A stretch of 43,119 nucleotides of DNA from an uncultured Clostridia bacterium (GTDB taxonomy: Bacteria > Bacillota > Clostridia > Christensenellales > Borkfalkiaceae), in the NCBI GenBank assembly GCA_947630775.1, contig CANRIY010000001.1, positions 1 to 43,119 of the forward strand, given 5' to 3'. Numbering within the stretch: the stretch's first letter is position 1; every line of letters begins with the position of its first letter. Made by a program: the position numbers and the translations under genes. Below, in pieces: positions 25,601 through 32,323 of this stretch. The notes below the pieces were generated by a model that saw nothing but the letters and a program-made list of their open reading frames with translations, made no database searches and was not told where the DNA came from.

Positions 25601-27382
25601 GATGATACATCCGATGGCGCCCGCATTCTTTGCCTGAAGCGCCTTGTCTTCAAAGGTCGAGTCGCCGCGGCTGACAAGGGCGATCTTGCCCTCAACGTCG
25701 ACCGTGGAATAATTGACACGGTAGCCGTAGCCGGGGACGGTGACGTATTTGACGGTGAGCGTCCCATCCGCCCCCACCGAAACATTGTTGTAGCGGTTGG
25801 GATGCTGGCTCTCCGTAAAATTGTATCTCTCGCCCTTGCTCTTTACGTCGGAGAAGAGTTCGTCGAAGAAATTGTTCTCTTCGCCCGAGATGGAGTTGGA
25901 TTCGTTGAAGAAGAATACCTTTGAACCGTTGCCGACGATGTATTTGCTCTTGATCCCGTCGATCGAAGCGACGGAGAGCGCTGCGGGATAGGTCGAGGGA
26001 GAGCCGATGGTGCCGTTGTCGGGATTGGTGACAAAGCTCGTGTTGCCCTGTGCGCCGCCGAAGGCGGAGCTGTAGTGGTTGCTCGCCGCGGTGACGAGGC
26101 TCACGCCGCTTGCGTTGATCTTATCGTACACATCGTTGACGGGATCGCCGTCCTTCTCGCGCACGAAACCGCAAGCCGCGCCGAGGGACATATTGATCGC
26201 GTCGACCCCAAGAAGAACCGCGTCCTCGAGCGCCGCAAGGATATCGTCCGTTTCGGCGCCTTCGCTAAGGTCGGGGAACACCTTCATGAGCACGAGCTGC
26301 GTATCGATCGCGATGCCCCTGAAGGGGATATCGTTCCCCTCTTCATCCTTGACGGGATTGCCGTCTTTGTCCGTATAGGAGTCCGCGTAGCCGCCGATGA
26401 TCCCCGCGACGTGGGTACCATGTTCGGAATCGTAGGGCGAAACGTCGGGATCCTTATCGGCATAGTCGTAGTGGAAAGGAATTTTACTGCTGTAATAGAC
26501 GTCCGAAACGCTAAGGGAGGGCGTCGTTTCGACAGCGTTGAGTTTTTCCCCCTCTGCGCCATCCGCGATCATGTTTTTGATGTCATTGTATTTGAACATG
26601 AGTTCGCCTTGGGGCTCATGAGAATTGTAGGCGGGATGGCTGAGCGCAAAACCCGAGTCGAGCACGGCGACCGAAGTCCCCTTGCCCGTATAGGGCTGCC
26701 CGTCCGGATCCTTTGCGCTTCCGGAGTTGAAGATACCCGTCTCATAGACGTCGACGGCGTTCTCGATCGCGCTCGCGTCGGTGACGTCCGACTCCTGCGG
26801 ACGGCTGTATGTTTCGGCGAGCGAGGCGCTCTTCACCCCGCTGAGCTGTTCGATCTTCAAAAAGTTGCCGTAAGTCGTCGTGACGGCGACTGCGTTTGCG
26901 ATCGTCGTATAAGTATAATTGACAGACGTGATCAGTCCCTGCGAGGTAAGCCTGCGGAGAAAGTCGGTCTGATTGAAAGCGATGGAATTTTTCTTCTGGA
27001 TGCCCATGGGCGTCTTGGCAAATTCGCCGACGGACATCTTTTCGGAAAGCTCTTCATCGGCAAGATATGTGTCGATGAGTGCGTCGCCGTTGAGGGAAAG
27101 GATCGCGACGACCTCGTCGTTCTCCGAATACCCCTTGTTTTCGATGAGATATTCCGCCTTGATGCGGGACATCCGCTCTTCGGGCGTAAATTCAAAGTCG
27201 CTCTGGAAGAGCTTGAGCTCGTTGGAGCCTTCCTGCTCCTCCGTCCCGTACTCTAACGAGGGTTGGGAAGAGCTGCTACTGCTGCCTTGGTCTGCGGCAG
27301 ACGAGCCCGTATCGCACGCCGCAACGGAGAATCCCATCACGCCTACCAGTAATAAACATAAGATTGTTTTCAACTTTGCCAT
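19601..27382 (-). CDS. Cell-envelope subtilisin-like serine protease (2,593 aa): lipobox, pro-region, S8 domain with PA insert, Fn3-like region, 2 Big_2 domains, about 860 aa of BspA-type LRRs, a helical stalk, and a C-terminal TM anchor
   Basis: The signal peptide is MAKLKTILCLLLVGVMGFSVAAC/DTG, and AAGAGGT lies upstream. The catalytic residues are D242 (SVAVLDSG, 26657-26659), H321 (HGTHVAG, 26420-26422), N435 (AASNH) and S686 (GTSMACP, 25325-25327). The PA-type insert reads VEGKIALVSRGDSTFEDKALQAKNAGAIGCIIYNN. The Big_2 domains map to about 23033-23710. LRR_5-like units (for example IGDYAFTNCETLDNINMPS..VGKDGFRNCTGLTSVDL) map to about 20438-23020. The C-terminus is ...EEDGCGSVIGVGGAILAGIVLLSAACVVLVKKKENK. 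Confidence 0.92.
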   Translation of the reverse strand: MAKLKTILCLLLVGVMGFSVAACDTGSSAADQGSSSSSSQPSLEYGTEEQEGSNELKLFQSDFEFTPEERMSRIKAEYLIENKGYSENDEVVAILSLNGDALIDTYLADEELSEKMSVGEFAKTPMGIQKKNSIAFNQTDFLRRLTSQGLITSVNYTYTTIANAVAVTTTYGNFLKIEQLSGVKSASLAETYSRPQESDVTDASAIENAVDVYETGIFNSGSAKDPDGQPYTGKGTSVAVLDSGFALSHPAYNSHEPQGELMFKYNDIKNMIADGAEGEKLNAVETTPSLSVSDVYYSSKIPFHYDYADKDPDVSPYDSEHGTHVAGIIGGYADSYTDKDGNPVKDEEGNDIPFRGIAIDTQLVLMKVFPDLSEGAETDDILAALEDAVLLGVDAINMSLGAACGFVREKDGDPVNDVYDKINASGVSLVTAASNHYSSAFGGAQGNTSFVTNPDNGTIGSPSTYPAALSVASIDGIKSKYIVGNGSKVFFFNESNSISGEENNFFDELFSDVKSKGERYNFTESQHPNRYNNVSVGADGTLTVKYVTVPGYGYRVNYSTVDVEGKIALVSRGDSTFEDKALQAKNAGAIGCIIYNNIEGDILMSMGKTDHIPTISISKEDGTELAKVKEGTLTLSYEQEAGPFMSDFSSWGPLPDLTLKPDITAHGGNITSSVPGDKYDQISGTSMACPNMCGLVVLIRQFIKDQSRYNDMTWKQISVLTNQMLMSTATIILNQQGNPYSPRKQGAGLASLNNVVNTKAYLTVDGKDRTKLELMDDPQRKGVYVMEFNIVNVSDVQMQYDLGLIGMTESVSTADEKHIAERDQLLSNNFTAEVVSGQGSISGKRVSVGAGQTAKIKLTYTLSQEDKNTIESLFPYGMYVEGFVTLDAVGEKEIDLNIPFLAFYGDWTQAPIFDKTYFEVESEAHNAGIDEEDKLKADYYATTPYGSYYYNYLIPLGTYLYDIDESTYDPIPASEDRIAISNELNKIDGISSVYAGLLRGCKTMTYTITDKETGEVVYEYVLTNARKAFSQGGSPIPNYEFLRINSAQLGLMSNRRYEFKMVGQLDYERDGLTTNARNTFSFDFTLDTEAPIIKSATYEKVYDKNLKKDRYYVYLTIYDNQYAMALTPLVFSVNPEYDGTQNSSQYSPSYLLKNPIPLYGDKGEDYRVRVEITDILENLEYDELIPSALGFTVEDYALNQNLYVCQLPGTNPGERGKFSFTNDGTTSSGRKSLVTLEVGEVVDLTQYLATTDPSVDENKDYLRYLIWESNNDNIASVKEGQVLGKSTGRTIITVRENFYGDSATITVNVRARQSESATSAVNTVVPLSANDIEDVTKENIKSIRFSYFDTLFAHARAGQTSDIGSTGDRIFLTAVNGAISVYPGEQIQLHYDLDPWYVADKYDLTYASSRSDIVSVTEDGVVAALKKGSATITLSVGGSNLIASIRITVNSEFVIDEARTLVAYKGVGGNVVIPDDEGILYIGPNAFSLYETNYQYAQELPDDDVYANRIPGINDTIRSVVVPDGVMEIQQYAFYNCTALETVELPDTVKFLRRYAFYNDVSLKTINLEDVEVIGDYVFTNCETLDNINMPSMYTVGKDGFRNCTGLTSVDLTTLRNAGENAFAGCTKLKNVTLGELTKLSVGIFRDCGLESVEIFEKKFIPANAFSGNESLTSVTFKNGLEAIHDSAFSGDKSLQKVVLPNSAFTLGANVFQDCAALATIEFQANTQIDVTAGNLFRGTALATITVPENSGFYSMSEDGHQLLNKAEDTIILAAINAYQNSPALTIPATVTHIGNSAFSGAPITSVTFEGAVEIGSYAFASCESLASVTFAAAGETTVGLRAFNNCQVLATLNNLGSVKTIGDYAFTQAAALTTAEIGANAEVGEGAFLNSGLTSVKVGANAKLGLGVFQRCTSLQTVTMPEEGGVEIGALCFSNNTKLSEIDLSKATGALGNEAFFGCTALGKAELTHITSIGDFAFANCGELADLTFGDGLTWIGYGAFMDYSVIDGRAGNAPKITVLEFPASLVEMDTDAFYGCDCLYSVTFHGDITVIPTETFAECVALATVTLPETCKEIGDYAFVGCSALSEINLGNVEKIGRYAFTSAGHYDDGSATGGYHFSDAEIDLSAVEEIADAAFADTAIGGTIEAPKLTTVGAYAFQSSAFTSFNAPHLARIGDAAFQGNLNLTGFNFSTELEEIGSYVFLNCDGIQKYTFGTEKKSDGAINGYAKLVGGVLYTNMANGKQLLSSVPAGMNVQKLEVEEGTYRIGNYAGSANTHIASLVLPDSLVSIGDHAFYGYTALKSVEFRSATAPTLESSYDPSGSELLESTDPGYAILHNQQSMYGWLELTYYNFIDLVGRNNPIEMILPANEVSGYDNVIYLVYFGSVANAQRSNYVAMEQAMKNFLEYAAEIEKIDTITMAHEKLISDAVAALNAVKQDPADHGIEAAEWERLRTLVTNARSTIVRLKIANSTKEVRDIQALIDALPDTYVQSQELDSRIVALRDAISRLDVDERGLLVQDKYNNLLSGYEAAHPGTDPNTPDTPSDPGGAQGGESEEDGCGSVIGVGGAILAGIVLLSAACVVLVKKKENK

Positions 27383-27423
27383 AAGTGACCTCTTTTCTTG
27401 TTACTTGTTACTTGTTGCTTGAT

Positions 27424-27804
27424 TCATGGCATGAGCCAGAAATAGATCAGAAGTGCCGTCAGGGTGAAACAGGCAAGCACCATGAACAGGATCGGAAGAT
27501 AATGCCCCAGTGCCGCACGGATCGCCGCACGCCTCTCCTTTTTGGTGAGATAGGCGTCTTCGTCGTCCTTACGGTGCTTCCCCGTGAGCCCTTCCATGCT
27601 ATATATGGTGTGGCCGTCGTCAACGTACTTGACTTTCTTCCGTTTGCGCTTCTTCTGCTCCTGCGGTTGTGCCTGCGGGTGTATCTGCGGGTTCGGTTCC
27701 GTCTGCGGAGACGCCATCTGTTCCGTCTTGGGTTCCGCCGATGCTACTGTCTGTTCCGTCTGCGGAGCCGCTGTTTCTTGTTCTCTTTCTGTGTTTTCTT
27801 GCAT
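27424..27804 (-). CDS. Small tail-anchored membrane protein (up to 126 aa; start uncertain). It overlaps the 3' tail of oppF out of frame.
   Basis: From the ATG at 27804 the product reads [18 protein letters not shown]...[84 protein letters not shown] lies immediately upstream. The C-terminal TM helix is clear. An alternative, non-overlapping start is the ATG at 27597 (57 aa, weak RBS). The upstream part of the track ORF (27805-27912) looks non-coding in this frame. Confidence 0.55.
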   Translation of the reverse strand: MQENTEREQETAAPQTEQTVASAEPKTEQMASPQTEPNPQIHPQAQPQEQKKRKRKKVKYVDDGHTIYSMEGLTGKHRKDDEDAYLTKKERRAAIRAALGHYLPILFMVLACFTLTALLIYFWLMP

Positions 27805-28879
27805 ACTCCTCCGCTTCCTTCTCCGCTTGCAGGCGAAGTTCTTCTTCGTACATCGCGTCGTATTTATCCAACTCGCGCATGATCTCTTCGTTATAGAGAT
27901 GGCAGGCGACAAAGTGGTTTTCCTCCGTCTCGAGATAGGCGGGCGGGATCATGCGGCAGACGTTCATACATTGCGAACAGCGGGTATGGAATTTGCAGCC
28001 GCGCGGCGGGTTTGCGGGGGAAGGGATATCCCCCTCGAGGATGATGCGGTTCATCTTCGCATCGGGATCGGGCACGGGCACCGCCGAGAAAAGCGCCTTC
28101 GTGTAGGGATGCTGGGGATTTTCGAAGATCCTCTCGGTATCCCCGAGCTCCATGACGTTCCCGAGATACATGACCATGATCTGGTCGGTAATATACTTGA
28201 CGACGGAGAGATCGTGGGAGATGAACACATAGGTGAGCCCCATCGTCCTCTGAAGATCTTTGAGCAAATTGATGATCTGCGCCTGAATGGACACGTCGAG
28301 CGCGGAGACGGGTTCGTCGCAGATGACGAGCCGCGGCTTCACGGCGAGGGCGCGGGCGATGCAGATCCTCTGGCGCTGTCCGCCCGAGAATTCGTGGGGA
28401 TAGCGGTCGTAATACTGGGGTTGCAGGCCGCACTGCTTCATCACGCCGAGCACATAGTCGTGGATCTCGTTTGAGGGCACGATCTTATGCACTTTGACAG
28501 CCTCTGCAATGATCGAACCGACCGTCATACGGGGCGGAAGACTGGAATAGGGATCCTGAAAGATGAGCTGGATATCCGTTCTGTACTTCCTGAGTTCGCT
28601 CTTTTTGAGACTGCTGAGCTCGACCCCGTCGAACACGACCGTCCCGCCGTCCACATCGTAGAGGCGGAGGATCGTTCTGCCCAGCGTCGTCTTGCCGCAG
28701 CCGGATTCCCCCACCACGCCGATCGCGGTACCCGCGTTCACTTCGAAGCTCACATCGTCTACGGCGTGAAGGAATTGGGTCGGTTTTCCGAAGAAGTTGC
28801 GCTTGATGGGAAAGTATTTTTTGAGATGCTCCACCTTCAAAATGGGCTCTTCGGTCTTGTCAACGAAAGTTTCTTCCAT
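27620..28879 (-). CDS. oppF: Oligopeptide/dipeptide ABC transporter ATP-binding protein (OppF-like) with a charged/low-complexity C-terminal extension of about 80 aa
   Basis: The Walker A motif is GESGCGKTT, the signature is FSGGQRQR, and Walker B is [12 protein letters not shown]. The oligopeptide C-terminal motif reads [19 protein letters not shown]...HFVACHLY. The start lies 3 nt after the oppD stop. Confidence 0.9.
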   Translation of the reverse strand: MEETFVDKTEEPILKVEHLKKYFPIKRNFFGKPTQFLHAVDDVSFEVNAGTAIGVVGESGCGKTTLGRTILRLYDVDGGTVVFDGVELSSLKKSELRKYRTDIQLIFQDPYSSLPPRMTVGSIIAEAVKVHKIVPSNEIHDYVLGVMKQCGLQPQYYDRYPHEFSGGQRQRICIARALAVKPRLVICDEPVSALDVSIQAQIINLLKDLQRTMGLTYVFISHDLSVVKYITDQIMVMYLGNVMELGDTERIFENPQHPYTKALFSAVPVPDPDAKMNRIILEGDIPSPANPPRGCKFHTRCSQCMNVCRMIPPAYLETEENHFVACHLYNEEIMRELDKYDAMYEEELRLQAEKEAEEYARKHRKRTRNSGSADGTDSSIGGTQDGTDGVSADGTEPADTPAGTTAGAEEAQTEESQVR

Positions 28880-28882
28880 TTA

Positions 28883-30040
28883 TCACTCCTCGTAGAGATA
28901 GCATGCCACGCTGTGCGTATCGCTTACTTTGTATTCTTTCGGATATTCTCCGCCGCACTTTTCGGTGCATCTCGTGCAACGGTTGCGGAAATAGCAATGG
29001 TTCGGCAGATTGATGGGGTTGGGGACCTGCCCGGGGATGGAGTAGAGCGGCTCCTTTGCACTGGAACCGATGAGCGGTTTGCTCTTCTGCAGTCCCACCG
29101 TATAGGGGTGGAGCGGGTTGCGGAAGATCTCCTGCACCGTCCCGCGTTCGATGATCCTGCCCGCATACATGACGACGACTTCGTCCGCCATTTCGGCGAT
29201 GACGCCGAGGTCGTGCGTGATGAGCATGATCGAACAGCCCTGCGACTTCTGGAGTTCACGCAGAAGTTCCAAGATCTGCGCCTGAATGGTGACGTCGAGC
29301 GCCGTCGTCGGCTCGTCCGCGATGATGAGTTTGGGGTCGCCCGCGAGCGCCATTGCGATCATGACGCGCTGGCGCATGCCGCCCGACAGCTCGTGCGGAT
29401 AGCGTTTATAGCAATGTTCGGGCATGGAGATGCCGACTTTTTTGAGCATCTCGATGCTGTATTCCTTCGCCTCTTCCTTCGAGATCGTGGGATTGCGGAG
29501 GAAGGAAACCTCGTCGAGCTGGAAACCGATCGTGAACACGGGGTTGAGGCTCGTCATGGGCTCCTGAAAGATCATCGTGATGTCCTTGCCGCGGATGTTG
29601 TACATCTGCTTGGTGGGCGTCTTCACGATGTCGTATGCGATCTTTCTCCCCTCTGCGTCGTAGCCGAGATCGGCGGAGTTGAAGCGGATCTGCCCGCCGA
29701 CGACCTGCCCCTGCGGCGCCTGCACGAGCTGCATGATGGAGAGCGACGTAACGCTCTTGCCGCAGCCCGATTCCCCGACGACGCCGACCACTTTGTTCTT
29801 GGGAATGTTGAAGGAGACGCCGTTGACCGACTTGACCGTCCCCGTATCGGTGAAGAAATAGGTCTCTAAGTTATCGATCTCGATGAGGTTGTTCTCATCC
29901 TGCATCACCGTCGTATACTCACTTTGGTCGAGCTTGCGCCGTTTGAGCTTTTCGTAGTACTTCATCTGTTTGAGATTGTACTTGATGATACGGCGGCTCT
30001 CCTTCATGGAGATATAATTGGAATATTTATTTTTTGCCAT
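28883..30040 (-). CDS. oppD: Oligopeptide/dipeptide ABC transporter ATP-binding protein (OppD-like) with a basic N-terminal extension of about 45 aa
   Basis: The Walker A motif is GESGCGKS, the signature is LSGGMRQR, and Walker B is [12 protein letters not shown]. The C-terminal motif reads [15 protein letters not shown]...[14 protein letters not shown] lies about 8 nt upstream of the ATG at 30040. The start is 3 nt after the oppC stop. Confidence 0.9.
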   Translation of the reverse strand: MAKNKYSNYISMKESRRIIKYNLKQMKYYEKLKRRKLDQSEYTTVMQDENNLIEIDNLETYFFTDTGTVKSVNGVSFNIPKNKVVGVVGESGCGKSVTSLSIMQLVQAPQGQVVGGQIRFNSADLGYDAEGRKIAYDIVKTPTKQMYNIRGKDITMIFQEPMTSLNPVFTIGFQLDEVSFLRNPTISKEEAKEYSIEMLKKVGISMPEHCYKRYPHELSGGMRQRVMIAMALAGDPKLIIADEPTTALDVTIQAQILELLRELQKSQGCSIMLITHDLGVIAEMADEVVVMYAGRIIERGTVQEIFRNPLHPYTVGLQKSKPLIGSSAKEPLYSIPGQVPNPINLPNHCYFRNRCTRCTEKCGGEYPKEYKVSDTHSVACYLYEE

Positions 30041-30043
30041 TGA

Positions 30044-31243
30044 CTATTTCCTCGCTTTCGGATCCATAGCGTCTCTCAATCCGTCTCCGATAAAGTTGAA
30101 CCCGAGCACCGCGATCACGATCAGGATACCTGCGGGAAGCCATATATTCATATGGTATATGAGGACCTCACGGCTCTTTGCGAGGGCGATCATCGTCCCC
30201 CATGCCGCCTTGGGAAGCTGAACGCCGAGCCCGAGATAGCTCAGGCTGGATTCATACAGAATGACGGAGCCGAGCCCGAGCGTCATCGAGACGATGAGCT
30301 GCGGCATGACGTTCGGCACGAGGTGTTTGAAGATCCGCCGCCAAGGTGAGAAGCCCATGACTTCGGTCGCCGTGATGTATTCCTGCTCCCGCAGCCCGAG
30401 GATCTGCCCGCGGACGAGCCGCGCCGTCCCGCTCCAGCCGAATAGGGTTATAATGACCATCAGGACGTAGATTTGTACATCGGGCGCCAAATGCCACGAA
30501 TCGATGACCGCCGAGGCGATGAGCAGGATGGGCAGCGTCGGGATACAGTTGAAGATATCGACGATACGCATGAGCACATTGTCGATCCAGCCGCCGAAAT
30601 AGCCCGAGATCCCGCCGACTACGATGCCGATGAGCGTTTCGAGAATGACGACGATAAATCCGATGATGAGCGAGATCCTGCCGCCGTACATGAGACGCGC
30701 AAAGACGTCCATGCCCTGGTCGTCCGTGCCGAGAATGTGCCCCTCGCCGGGAGGAAGAAGGCCGTTTGCCCTGCCGGACGTGTTTTCGACATCCACGACT
30801 TCGAGGATCGTGAAGGTCTCTTCGTTGAGATCTTCCGCGTCGATGACGCCCGATTGGGTACTGTAGACCTTATAGCTTCTGTCGACTGCTTCTTCGAGGG
30901 TCAAATTGTCCTCATGTGCCGTGTGGATCCACTCCACATTGTCGAACCATCCGTAGACGACGGGTCCGAGGAAGGAGAAGAGGAAGAGCGCGACGATCAT
31001 GACGAGTCCCACGATGGAAAGTTTGGAGCGGAAGAACCTGCGGAGAACGAGCCGCATGGGGCTCATCTCCTTATAAGTCTCCATATCGGCGCCGACGTCC
31101 GCATTCTCCCCTTCCTCCGGAAGGACAGCCCCTTCGTGATCGGCGACGACGACCTCCGCATCCGTATGGACAGACGCTTCATCCATCGTTACCGTCGTGG
31201 GCTCGGTTTCTTCTTGCAAGATATTGTTGTCTTGTTCTTTCAT
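30044..31243 (-). CDS. oppC: ABC transporter permease (OppC/DppC-like) with an acidic N-terminal extension of about 55 aa
   Basis: Multiple TM segments are visible. The conserved block reads HILGTDDQGMDVFARLMYGGRISL..., and there is a permease EAA-like loop. It lies 19 nt downstream of oppB. Confidence 0.88.
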   Translation of the reverse strand: MKEQDNNILQEETEPTTVTMDEASVHTDAEVVVADHEGAVLPEEGENADVGADMETYKEMSPMRLVLRRFFRSKLSIVGLVMIVALFLFSFLGPVVYGWFDNVEWIHTAHEDNLTLEEAVDRSYKVYSTQSGVIDAEDLNEETFTILEVVDVENTSGRANGLLPPGEGHILGTDDQGMDVFARLMYGGRISLIIGFIVVILETLIGIVVGGISGYFGGWIDNVLMRIVDIFNCIPTLPILLIASAVIDSWHLAPDVQIYVLMVIITLFGWSGTARLVRGQILGLREQEYITATEVMGFSPWRRIFKHLVPNVMPQLIVSMTLGLGSVILYESSLSYLGLGVQLPKAAWGTMIALAKSREVLIYHMNIWLPAGILIVIAVLGFNFIGDGLRDAMDPKARK

Positions 31244-31262
31244 AATGCCTGATCCTGCCTGT

Positions 31263-32267
31263 TTATTGTAACTTGACCCGAGGGTCTACGATGGAATACA
31301 TGATATCCGAGAAGAGCGTTCCGATGACGGTCAGGACGGCGAGGAACATGTTGTACCCCATGATGAAGGGAATATCGCCCTGCCGCAACGCGTTGTAGGC
31401 AAGGTTCCCGATCCCGTCGATGGAGAACACCTGCTCGGTGATCATCATGCCGCCGAACAGCGATGGCAGGATGCCCGCAAGGAGCGTCGCGAGAGGGATC
31501 AGGGTATTGCGGAAGGCGTGCTTGTAAACGACGCGTTTCTCGCTCAATCCCTTCGCGCGCGCGGTCCTGATATAATCTGCGTTGAGCACTTCGAGCGTAT
31601 TCGTTCTCGTGTAGCGCATGAGTCCGCCGATCGAAAGAATGACCGTGACAAAGACGGGAAGGATGAGATGGACGATGATATCACCGAGTTTCTCCATCCC
31701 GCCGCCGAACGTGTCTGCGTAATTCTTCGACGGATTGACCAGACCCGAATTGGGAAGCCAGCCCAGCTCGGTCGAAAAGAGCCTGATCGCGATATAGGCA
31801 AAGAAGTACGTCGGCAAGGCAATTCCGATCATCGTGAACACCGTCGTCACATAGTCGCGCACGGAGTATTGGTGCGTCGCACTCGTGATGCCGAGCGGGA
31901 TCGCGATGAGGAATTGCAGAATGGTCGCCACGACTGCGATCGCGAACGAGATCCACATGTTTTCACCAATGACCTGCCCTACGGGCTTGTTATGGATGAA
32001 AGAATTGCCGAAATCTCCCCTGAGCATATTGCCGAGCCATTTGAAATATCCGCTCAGGATCCCCGTAAAGGAATTGTCGCCGATGCCGTACAGGTCTTTG
32101 AACCGCTGAATATCTTCCTGATCGATCGACCCTTGGCTGAGCTGCGACGCAAACTTCGTATCGACGTAGTCCGCCGGCATCAAGCGCACCAAAAAGTAGA
32201 TGATGATCGAGACGCCCAAAAGGATCACGATGGAGATGAGGAGTCTTTTTACAATGTATTTGAACAT
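31263..32267 (-). CDS. oppB: ABC transporter permease (OppB/DppB-like)
   Basis: It starts MFKYIVKRLL.. and contains DYIRTARAKGLSEKRVVYKHAFRN, the typical OppB/DppB EAA loop. It is 334 aa with 6 TM-like segments. Confidence 0.9.
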   Translation of the reverse strand: MFKYIVKRLLISIVILLGVSIIIYFLVRLMPADYVDTKFASQLSQGSIDQEDIQRFKDLYGIGDNSFTGILSGYFKWLGNMLRGDFGNSFIHNKPVGQVIGENMWISFAIAVVATILQFLIAIPLGITSATHQYSVRDYVTTVFTMIGIALPTYFFAYIAIRLFSTELGWLPNSGLVNPSKNYADTFGGGMEKLGDIIVHLILPVFVTVILSIGGLMRYTRTNTLEVLNADYIRTARAKGLSEKRVVYKHAFRNTLIPLATLLAGILPSLFGGMMITEQVFSIDGIGNLAYNALRQGDIPFIMGYNMFLAVLTVIGTLFSDIMYSIVDPRVKLQ

Positions 32268-32323
32268 GGCTTCACCAGAGTTTTGTTACTTCGTTTTTTT
32301 CCTTATTGAATTGAATAGATATT

